Shown: one piece after another, positions 33,097 through 44,800 of the stretch
How positions within the stretch are numbered: the stretch's first letter is position 1
Layout of the letters: every line of letters begins with the position of its first letter
Assembly (NCBI GenBank): GCA_039096225.1
Contig: JBBPEB010000011.1
Location: forward strand, 930,001-994,000
Direction of reading: 5' to 3'
DNA: 64,000 nt
Source: Blastocystis sp. Blastoise
Lineage: Eukaryota; Protista; Bigyra: Opalinata
Notes under the pieces: generated by a model
The model's database searches: none
The model's input: only the letters and a program-made list of their open reading frames with translations
Told to the model about the DNA's origin: nothing
Made by a program: the position numbers and the translations under genes

Positions 33097-35513
33097 CTAA
33101 TTATAGGATGTAATTGTAATTATATTTTTATAAACTGAAACTTCTGAATTTATGGTTAAAGTTTTATATAGTTCAATGGCTCTGATGACATTATTTATGC
33201 TGTTATTAATATTGGTAATGACAGTGTCTTTATCAGTACTAAGAACTTCTATACGAACAGAATATTGGAGATCATCCTCGTCATTAGATACTTTTATTGT
33301 TTCTGGAGAATGAACTTTTAATGTAAACAAAGGAACACGAATCGATCTAATTACAGCTCTTTCTAAATCTATCATAAAGAGACATGATAGACTTTTATGA
33401 TTCATATATTTTACATTGTATGTATAATCAACATATATATGGTTATTGGGAGGATTAATTGGTAGACAACCATAGATAATTTCTTGATTCCATTCACCCA
33501 TAATTCCATTTTGAGAACATTCTTTTCCAATTCTACCACCAAGATTTTCATAAGGGCAACTAATGTACTTAATGTATCCAGTTTCGCTTGCAGGCCATGT
33601 TTCGTCTCCAAGACAATAAGCTCCATTATATGCAACATAGTCTTCAAGAGGGGTAAGATCTGTATAATGATGGAAAATTTTTGGTGACAAACTCTTTAAT
33701 TGTCTAGCTAGATACTCAGTCTTAACAGCAGCATTTTTGATTAAATCATCTTGAAATAGGACATTTGACCCAAGTCGTACATTCAATTCAACGTTATAAA
33801 TATTATACTATATATGATCATAAAAGAGATAGTTAACAGAAAATTAAAAAAAAATAACATTAAAAAATACATCAATTGTTCTGTTTCTAAAAACCATAAA
33901 TTCAATTTCATATAATATATATTGATAAGTTCGTAAATAAGCTCTCAATAAAGTATATTTTGCAGAATCGTCAATTGCTGTTACATAAATATTATGTAAA
34001 AGAACTCGTGAAAAGTATTCAGTATGTCCTGCAGCTGCTTCTTTTAACTCTATAAATAATAAAAACAATAGTTTTATTATATACAATTTTACTAGAATAA
34101 AAGATATAAAAATACGACAACCACGTGGATTTGGATCTTTGTTATTAAAATGACCTGTTCTGACTCCATCAACAACTTGTAGATCACATTGATATGACGT
34201 ATAACCAAAATGTGTATCATTATCACATGGTTTTTGATATGTGGTTCCAATGAGCATTTCGGGTGGTGGTGGTCTTTTTGCTTCATAGATATTTGTACAG
34301 GTAACTATTTTCACACACTCATTATTGTATACACGTTCATCTTCATTACATAATTGACAGTTAGTATTACCAGAGTCATCTCCAGACACAATTCCAAAAC
34401 ATAGTTGACAAGGAGAAGAACCAGTTTCAGAATAGTACTGACCATAACAAGGATAACTTGTTTCAACAGGAGCTGAATCTGTACAAAAAGCAATTGATGT
34501 ACTTTTCACAGGAGAATAAGGTCTATCTTCAGGACACTTAAAACGTCTCCCACCACTACAATAATAACCTTCCTCACAATTAGCCTGATCTGAACGAATA
34601 GTCTCTTTAACTGTCAAAGGAATCGTATAACAGCCTGAAGAAACCTCAATTGGATAACCTGATTGTTTAGGACAGTAAACATCAACTGAACCACACTCTT
34701 TATCATGAATAGATGTACTACCACGAGGACAATAATATCCTTCTGCACAGTATTCAACACAGTAAAGACTGGCAATTTCAGATGCTGCTAAACCGGGTTC
34801 ACACAAAGCACATGCTTCAAGATTTCCTCCACAGCAATCATATCTCTGTCTTCCAGGAGGACAAACATGTCGAATTCCTTTCTCACAATAGCCACCTATA
34901 AATATGTACTTCTAAAGGAATAAAATATACCTCCTTCACAATACTCATAACCAATACTAACAGTAACAGTTTCATTATATACTTTTTGAGAAATTCTAGT
35001 TGCATATGGGATCTAAAAGCATTATTATTATATAACAGAATAAATACTGGTATCTTAACAGAAGTTCCTCTTGGACAATAATAGTCAGTATCTGTACAAG
35101 GAAAATCATTTTTTGTATATTTTGATAATCCTATTAGTATATTAATAAAGAATAAGATGATAATAGTAAATACCAGCAGGACATATAAAACCCATATCAC
35201 ATTCTCCACCACAGCCTTTTGTAGAAGTCCATTCAGAGATAGGTTGCTCGTACGTACCATAAGTACCTATAAGGTTATAATGAATAAATAAATTTATACC
35301 TGGTAAACATAATTCACATTCTTCTGTATATTCAGAATAAAAACATGCTAAAACTGATTAATAAGAAATAAAACATATTATTACTCATAGGACATTTCTC
35401 TAGTTCGTCCGGATTAACTAAAATATTATGAAACAATAAAATAATTACATACTTTGACAATTGACTAAATTGAAAAATAAAGGGACTATTACATATAATA
35501 CAAGGTATCTCAT
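33097..35513 (-). CDS. Secreted Cys-rich protein: signal peptide, CxxGxYC..CP (GCC2/GCC3, ephrin-receptor-like) repeats, then two [HRM-like Cys module + ~110-aa alpha/beta domain] units; 9 exons
   Basis: ATG at 35513 gives MRYLVLYVIVPLFFNLVNCQ. Short GT-AG introns splice in frame through ORF-track pieces 34883-35260, 33844-34806 and 33097-33786. CLGDETWPASETG...CP....GGRIGKEC...GEW.....C resembles the hormone-receptor (HRM) Cys pattern. No C-terminal TM segment. Confidence 0.85.
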
Positions 35514-35803
35514 GTAATGTAAATAATAAAAATATCCAAAATCATTCATTTCTTTTCATAAAATAATAAAGATACGTATTCATAAATATTATTGGCTGAC
35601 TTTATTTCTTTTCATGTGACTTTGAGATTAGGTTTTTTCTAAATATATTCTCACGGGAATCAGCTAGAAATAGCTCAAAAAATAAAAAGTTTCTTTTCAA
35701 ATACATAGAGAAAAAGTTGAAACAAGAAATTATTATTGGAACATATTAATGTAATACAAAAATATAAAATTATATTTTTTTGCTTTAAGTTTCTTAACAA
35801 GAA
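35514..35803. promoter_or_regulatory. 290-bp bidirectional promoter between the two Cys-rich paralogs
   Basis: Head-to-head ATGs at 35513 (-) and 35804 (+). ATTGG (reverse CCAAT) at 35591. Confidence 0.55.
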
Positions 35804-38800
35804 ATGTACGTGAAATTTTTGATTTATTTATTTTTAATCATTTCGGCTTTGGGCCAAGGTATATATATTATGTTTTTTTCCTAAAATTCTTTAGAATGCT
35901 TGTATTATCCTGAAGGAGAAGGGTCAGGAGAGGTATATATTTATTAAAAAACTATTATATATATCAATAGCTTCCACCAGAGGGATATTATGCAGATCCT
36001 GTAGAGGAAGATTATTTCCCTGATTTCTATGATATTTGTCCGATAGGTATGACTTCTTTGTTGTATATATTAACTAATTATTATAGGTTACTATTGTACA
36101 AATGGATGTAAATACCCTTGTCCACCAACTAATTACGGAAGTGAAGAAGGCTTGACAACATCAGAATGTAGTGGAAAGTGCAAAGAGGGTGATTATTATT
36201 TAATTTATTAATTAATAGTATATAGGTTATATTGGTAGCGACGGTCTATATATATTTAAAACAGAAAGTTGTCTAGGAAAATGCAAACAAGGCTATGCTT
36301 GCCCATACAAAGGTATATAATAAATTATTTATGACATCAAATTTCGTTTGTTTAGGAATGACTGATAAAACAATGATACCGTGTAGCACATATGGAGAAA
36401 ATTATTATTGCCCATCTGGAACAGTAAACCCTTTGAAAGTAAAAAATATATTTATATGTATATAATTCAATAAATAGGTAAGTCTGGGATATTATATAAT
36501 TAAAGATACAAATAGCAATGGTATAAGCCAAAGAAAATGCGAAAAAGGTAATTATTGTATAGAAGGTATTAAATATTCTTGTCCATCTGGTTCTTATGGT
36601 AATGAAACTGGTCTTTATAATAATAATTGTAGTGGTAAATGTTTAGAAGGTTATTATTGTTTAGAAGGATCTATATCATCAATTGAAAATGAATGTGGTA
36701 ATGCAAATGTATATTGTCCTTTAGGTTCTTCTTCTCCTATTAATGTTCCTTTAGGTTCTTATTCTATTCCTCTTGATGTTAATTCTACAATTCGTTCTAA
36801 TTTTGTTATTTGTGAAGAAGGTAATTATTGTATAGAAGGTATTAAATATTCTTGTCCATCTGGTTCTTATGGTAATGAAACTGGTCTTTATAATAATAAT
36901 TGTAGTGGTAAATGTTTAGAAGGTTATTATTGTTTAGAAGGATCTATATCATCAATTGAAAAATGAATGTGGTAATGCAAATGTATATTGTCCTTTAGGT
37001 TCTTCTTCTCCTATTAATGTTCCTTTAGGTTCTTATTCTATTCCTCTTGATGTTAATTCTACAATTCGTTCTAATTTTGTTATTTGTGAAGAAGGTAATT
37101 ATTGTATAGAAGGTATTAAATATTCTTGTCCATCTGGTTCTTATGGTAATGAAACTGGTCTTTATAATAATAATTGTAGTGGTAAATGTTTAGAAGGTTA
37201 TTATTGTTTAGAAGGATCTATATCATCAATTGAAAATGAATGTGGTAATGCAAATGTATATTGTCCTTTAGGTTCTTCTTCTCCTATTAATGTTCCTTTA
37301 GGTTCTTATTCTATTCCTCTTGATGTTAATTCTACAATTCGTTCTAATTTTGTTATTTGTGAAGAAGGTAATTATTGTATAGAAGGTATTAAATATTCTT
37401 GTCCATCTGGTTCTTATGGTAATGAAACTGGTCTTTATAATAATAATTGTAGTGGTAAATGTTTAGAAGGTTATTATTGTTTAGAAGGATCTATATCATC
37501 AATTGAAAATGAATGTGGTAATGCAAATGTATATTGTCCTTTAGGTTCTTCTTCTCCTATTAATGTTCCTTTAGGTTCTTATTCTATTCCTCTTGATGTT
37601 AATTCTACAATTCGTTCTAATTTTGTTATTTGTGAAGAAGGTAATTATTGTATAGAAGGTATTAAATATTCTTGTCCATCTGGTTCTTATGGTAATGAAA
37701 CTGGTCTTTATAATAATAATTGTAGTGGTAAATGTTTAGAAGGTTATTATTGTTTAGAAGGATCTATATCATCAATTGAAAATGAATGTGGTAATGCAAA
37801 TGTATATTGTCCTTTAGGTTCTTCTTCTCCTATTAATGTTCCTTTAGGTTCTTATTCTATTCCTCTTGATGTTAATTCTACAATTCGTTCTAATTTTGTT
37901 ATTTGTGAAGAAGGTAATTATTGTATAGAAGGTATTAAATATTCTTGTCCATCTGGTTCTTATGGTAATGAAACTGGTCTTTATAATAATAATTGTAGTG
38001 GTAAATGTTTAGAAGGTTATTATTGTTTAGAAGGATCTATATCATCAATTGAAAATGAATGTGGTAATGCAAATGTATATTGTCCTTTAGGTTCTTCTTC
38101 TCCTATTAATGTTCCTTTAGGTTCTTATTCTATTCCTCTTGATGTTAATTCTACAATTCGTTCTAATTTTGTTATTTGTGAAGAAGGTAATTATTGTATA
38201 GAAGGTATTAAATATTCTTGTCCATCTGGTTCTTATGGTAATGAAACTGGTCTTTATAATAATAATTGTAGTGGTAAATGTTTAGAAGGTTATTATTGTT
38301 TAGAAGGATCTATATCATCAATTGAAAATGAATGTGGTAATGCAAATGTATATTGTCCTTTAGGTTCTTCTTCTCCTATTAATGTTCCTTTAGGTTCTTA
38401 TTCTATTCCTCTTGATGTTAATTCTACAATTCGTTCTAATTTTGTTATTTGTGAAGAAGGTAATTATTGTATAGAAGGTATTAAATATTCTTGTCCATCT
38501 GGTTCTTATGGTAATGAAACTGGTCTTTATAATAATAATTGTAGTGGTAAATGTTTAGAAGGTTATTATTGTTTAGAAGGATCTATATCATCAATTGAAA
38601 ATGAATGTGGTAATGCAAATGTATATTGTCCTTTAGGTTCTTCTTCTCCTATTAATGTTCCTTTAGGTTCTTATTCTATTCCTCTTGATGTTAATTCTAC
38701 AATTCGTTCTAATTTTGTTATTTGTGAAGAAGGTAATTATTGTATAGAAGGTATTAAATATTCTTGTCCATCTGGTTCTTATGGTAATGAAACTGGTCTT

Positions 38801-41800
38801 TATAATAATAATTGTAGTGGTAAATGTTTAGAAGGTTATTATTGTTTAGAAGGATCTATATCATCAATTGAAAATGAATGTGGTAATGCAAATGTATATT
38901 GTCCTTTAGGTTCTTCTTCTCCTATTAATGTTCCTTTAGGTTCTTATTCTATTCCTCTTGATGTTAATTCTACAATTCGTTCTAATTTTGTTATTTGTGA
39001 AGAAGGTAATTATTGTATAGAAGGTATTAAATATTCTTGTCCATCTGGTTCTTATGGTAATGAAACTGGTCTTTATAATAATAATTGTAGTGGTAAATGT
39101 TTAGAAGGTTATTATTGTTTAGAAGGATCTATATCATCAATTGAAAATGAATGTGGTAATGCAAATGTATATTGTCCTTTAGGTTCTTCTTCTCCTATTA
39201 ATGTTCCTTTAGGTTCTTATTCTATTCCTCTTGATGTTAATTCTACAATTCGTTCTAATTTTGTTATTTGTGAAGAAGGTAATTATTGTATAGAAGGTAT
39301 TAAATATTCTTGTCCATCTGGTTCTTATGGTAATGAAACTGGTCTTTATAATAATAATTGTAGTGGTAAATGTTTAGAAGGTTATTATTGTTTAGAAGGA
39401 TCTATATCATCAATTGAAAATGAATGTGGTAATGCAAATGTATATTGTCCTTTAGGTTCTTCTTCTCCTATTAATGTTCCTTTAGGTTCTTATTCTATTC
39501 CTCTTGATGTTAATTCTACAATTCGTTCTAATTTTGTTATTTGTGAAGAAGGTAATTATTGTATAGAAGGTATTAAATATTCTTGTCCATCTGGTTCTTA
39601 TGGTAATGAAACTGGTCTTTATAATAATAATTGTAGTGGTAAATGTTTAGAAGGTTATTATTGTTTAGAAGGATCTATATCATCAATTGAAAATGAATGT
39701 GGTAATGCAAATGTATATTGTCCTTTAGGTTCTTCTTCTCCTATTAATGTTCCTTTAGGTTCTTATTCTATTCCTCTTGATGTTAATTCTACAATTCGTT
39801 CTAATTTTGTTATTTGTGAAGAAGGTAATTATTGTATAGAAGGTATTAAATATTCTTGTCCATCTGGTTCTTATGGTAATGAAACTGGTCTTTATAATAA
39901 TAATTGTAGTGGTAAATGTTTAGAAGGTTATTATTGTTTAGAAGGATCTATATCATCAATTGAAAATGAATGTGGTAATGCAAATGTATATTGTCCTTTA
40001 GGTTCTTCTTCTCCTATTAATGTTCCTTTAGGTTCTTATTCTATTCCTCTTGATGTTAATTCTACAATTCGTTCTAATTTTGTTATTTGTGAAGAAGGTA
40101 ATTATTGTATAGAAGGTATTAAATATTCTTGTCCATCTGGTTCTTATGGTAATGAAACTGGTCTTTATAATAATAATTGTAGTGGTAAATGTTTAGAAGG
40201 TTATTATTGTTTAGAAGGATCTATATCATCAATTGAAAATGAATGTGGTAATGCAAATGTATATTGTCCTTTAGGTTCTTCTTCTCCTATTAATGTTCCT
40301 TTAGGTTCTTATTCTATTCCTCTTGATGTTAATTCTACAATTCGTTCTAATTTTGTTATTTGTGAAGAAGGTAATTATTGTATAGAAGGTATTAAATATT
40401 CTTGTCCATCTGGTTCTTATGGTAATGAAACTGGTCTTTATAATAATAATTGTAGTGGTAAATGTTTAGAAGGTTATTATTGTTTAGAAGGATCTATATC
40501 ATCAATTGAAAATGAATGTGGTAATGCAAATGTATATTGTCCTTTAGGTTCTTCTTCTCCTATTAATGTTCCTTTAGGTTCTTATTCTATTCCTCTTGAT
40601 GTTAATTCTACAATTCGTTCTAATTTTGTTATTTGTGAAGAAGGTAATTATTGTATAGAAGGTATTAAATATTCTTGTCCATCTGGTTCTTATGGTAATG
40701 AAACTGGTCTTTATAATAATAATTGTAGTGGTAAATGTTTAGAAGGTTATTATTGTTTAGAAGGATCTATATCATCAATTGAAAATGAATGTGGTAATGC
40801 AAATGTATATTGTCCTTTAGGTTCTTCTTCTCCTATTAATGTTCCTTTAGGTTCTTATTCTATTCCTCTTGATGTTAATTCTACAATTCGTTCTAATTTT
40901 GTTATTTGTGAAGAAGGTAATTATTGTATAGAAGGTATTAAATATTCTTGTCCATCTGGTTCTTATGGTAATGAAACTGGTCTTTATAATAATAATTGTA
41001 GTGGTAAATGTTTAGAAGGTTATTATTGTTTAGAAGGATCTATATCATCAATTGAAAATGAATGTGGTAATGCAAATGTATATTGTCCTTTAGGTTCTTC
41101 TTCTCCTATTAATGTTCCTTTAGGTTCTTATTCTATTCCTCTTGATGTTAATTCTACAATTCGTTCTAATTTTGTTATTTGTGAAGAAGGTAATTATTGT
41201 ATAGAAGGTATTAAATATTCTTGTCCATCTGGTTCTTATGGTAATGAAACTGGTCTTTATAATAATAATTGTAGTGGTAAATGTTTAGAAGGTTATTATT
41301 GTTTAGAAGGATCTATATCATCAATTGAAAATGAATGTGGTAATGCAAATGTATATTGTCCTTTAGGTTCTTCTTCTCCTATTAATGTTCCTTTAGGTTC
41401 TTATTCTATTCCTCTTGATGTTAATTCTACAATTCGTTCTAATTTTGTTATTTGTGAAGAAGGTAATTATTGTATAGAAGGTATTAAATATTCTTGTCCA
41501 TCTGGTTCTTATGGTAATGAAACTGGTCTTTATAATAATAATTGTAGTGGTAAATGTTTAGAAGGTTATTATTGTTTAGAAGGATCTATATCATCAATTG
41601 AAAATGAATGTGGTAATGCAAATGTATATTGTCCTTTAGGTTCTTCTTCTCCTATTAATGTTCCTTTAGGTTCTTATTCTATTCCTCTTGATGTTAATTC
41701 TACAATTCGTTCTAATTTTGTTATTTGTGAAGAAGGTAATTATTGTATAGAAGGTATTAAATATTCTTGTCCATCTGGTTCTTATGGTAATGAAACTGGT

Positions 41801-44800
41801 CTTTATAATAATAATTGTAGTGGTAAATGTTTAGAAGGTTATTATTGTTTAGAAGGATCTATATCATCAATTGAAAATGAATGTGGTAATGCAAATGTAT
41901 ATTGTCCTTTAGGTTCTTCTTCTCCTATTAATGTTCCTTTAGGTTCTTATTCTATTCCTCTTGATGTTAATTCTACAATTCGTTCTAATTTTGTTATTTG
42001 TGAAGAAGGTAATTATTGTATAGAAGGTATTAAATATTCTTGTCCATCTGGTTCTTATGGTAATGAAACTGGTCTTTATAATAATAATTGTAGTGGTAAA
42101 TGTTTAGAAGGTTATTATTGTTTAGAAGGATCTATATCATCAATTGAAAATGAATGTGGTAATGCAAATGTATATTGTCCTTTAGGTTCTTCTTCTCCTA
42201 TTAATGTTCCTTTAGGTTCTTATTCTATTCCTCTTGATGTTAATTCTACAATTCGTTCTAATTTTGTTATTTGTGAAGAAGGTAATTATTGTATAGAAGG
42301 TATTAAATATTCTTGTCCATCTGGTTCTTATGGTAATGAAACTGGTCTTTATAATAATAATTGTAGTGGTAAATGTTTAGAAGGTTATTATTGTTTAGAA
42401 GGATCTATATCATCAATTGAAAATGAATGTGGTAATGCAAATGTATATTGTCCTTTAGGTTCTTCTTCTCCTATTAATGTTCCTTTAGGTTCTTATTCTA
42501 TTCCTCTTGATGTTAATTCTACAATTCGTTCTAATTTTGTTATTTGTGAAGAAGGTAATTATTGTATAGAAGGTATTAAATATTCTTGTCCATCTGGTTC
42601 TTATGGTAATGAAACTGGTCTTTATAATAATAATTGTAGTGGTAAATGTTTAGAAGGTTATTATTGTTTAGAAGGATCTATATCATCAATTGAAAATGAA
42701 TGTGGTAATGCAAATGTATATTGTCCTTTAGGTTCTTCTTCTCCTATTAATGTTCCTTTAGGTTCTTATTCTATTCCTCTTGATGTTAATTCTACAATTC
42801 GTTCTAATTTTGTTATTTGTGAAGAAGGTAATTATTGTATAGAAGGTATTAAATATTCTTGTCCATCTGGTTCTTATGGTAATGAAACTGGTCTTTATAA
42901 TAATAATTGTAGTGGTAAATGTTTAGAAGGTTATTATTGTTTAGAAGGATCTATATCATCAATTGAAAATGAATGTGGTAATGCAAATGTATATTGTCCT
43001 TTAGGTTCTTCTTCTCCTATTAATGTTCCTTTAGGTTCTTATTCTATTCCTCTTGATGTTAATTCTACAATTCGTTCTAATTTTGTTATTTGTGAAGAAG
43101 GTAATTATTGTATAGAAGGTATTAAATATTCTTGTCCATCTGGTTCTTATGGTAATGAAACTGGTCTTTATAATAATAATTGTAGTGGTAAATGTTTAGA
43201 AGGTTATTATTGTTTAGAAGGATCTATATCATCAATTGAAAATGAATGTGGTAATGCAAATGTATATTGTCCTTTAGGTTCTTCTTCTCCTATTAATGTT
43301 CCTTTAGGTTCTTATTCTATTCCTCTTGATGTTAATTCTACAATTCGTTCTAATTTTGTTATTTGTGAAGAAGGTAATTATTGTATAGAAGGTATTAAAT
43401 ATTCTTGTCCATCTGGTTCTTATGGTAATGAAACTGGTCTTTATAATAATAATTGTAGTGGTAAATGTTTAGAAGGTTATTATTGTTTAGAAGGATCTAT
43501 ATCATCAATTGAAAATGAATGTGGTAATGCAAATGTATATTGTCCTTTAGGTTCTTCTTCTCCTATTAATGTTCCTTTAGGTTCTTATTCTATTCCTCTT
43601 GATGTTAATTCTACAATTCGTTCTAATTTTGTTATTTGTGAAGAAGGTAATTATTGTATAGAAGGTATTAAATATTCTTGTCCATCTGGTTCTTATGGTA
43701 ATGAAACTGGTCTTTATAATAATAATTGTAGTGGTAAATGTTTAGAAGGTTATTATTGTTTAGAAGGATCTATATCATCAATTGAAAATGAATGTGGTAA
43801 TGCAAATGTATATTGTCCTTTAGGTTCTTCTTCTCCTATTAATGTTCCTTTAGGTTCTTATTCTATTCCTCTTGATGTTAATTCTACAATTCGTTCTAAT
43901 TTTGTTATTTGTGAAGAAGGTAATTATTGTATAGAAGGTATTAAATATTCTTGTCCATCTGGTTCTTATGGTAATGAAACTGGTCTTTATAATAATAATT
44001 GTAGTGGTAAATGTTTAGAAGGTTATTATTGTTTAGAAGGATCTATATCATCAATTGAAAATGAATGTGGTAATGCAAATGTATATTGTCCTTTAGGTTC
44101 TTCTTCTCCTATTAATGTTCCTTTAGGTTCTTATTCTATTCCTCTTGATGTTAATTCTACAATTCGTTCTAATTTTGTTATTTGTGAAGAAGGTAATTAT
44201 TGTATAGAAGGTATTAAATATTCTTGTCCATCTGGTTCTTATGGTAATGAAACTGGTCTTTATAATAATAATTGTAGTGGTAAATGTTTAGAAGGTTATT
44301 ATTGTTTAGAAGGATCTATATCATCAATTGAAAATGAATGTGGTAATGCAAATGTATATTGTCCTTTAGGTTCTTCTTCTCCTATTAATGTTCCTTTAGG
44401 TTCTTATTCTATTCCTCTTGATGTTAATTCTACAATTCGTTCTAATTTTGTTATTTGTGAAGAAGGTAATTATTGTATAGAAGGTATTAAATATTCTTGT
44501 CCATCTGGTTCTTATGGTAATGAAACTGGTCTTTATAATAATAATTGTAGTGGTAAATGTTTAGAAGGTTATTATTGTTTAGAAGGATCTATATCATCAA
44601 TTGAAAATGAATGTGGTAATGCAAATGTATATTGTCCTTTAGGTTCTTCTTCTCCTATTAATGTTCCTTTAGGTTCTTATTCTATTCCTCTTGATGTTAA
44701 TTCTACAATTCGTTCTAATTTTGTTATTTGTGAAGAAGGTAATTATTGTATAGAAGGTATTAAATATTCTTGTCCATCTGGTTCTTATGGTAATGAAACT

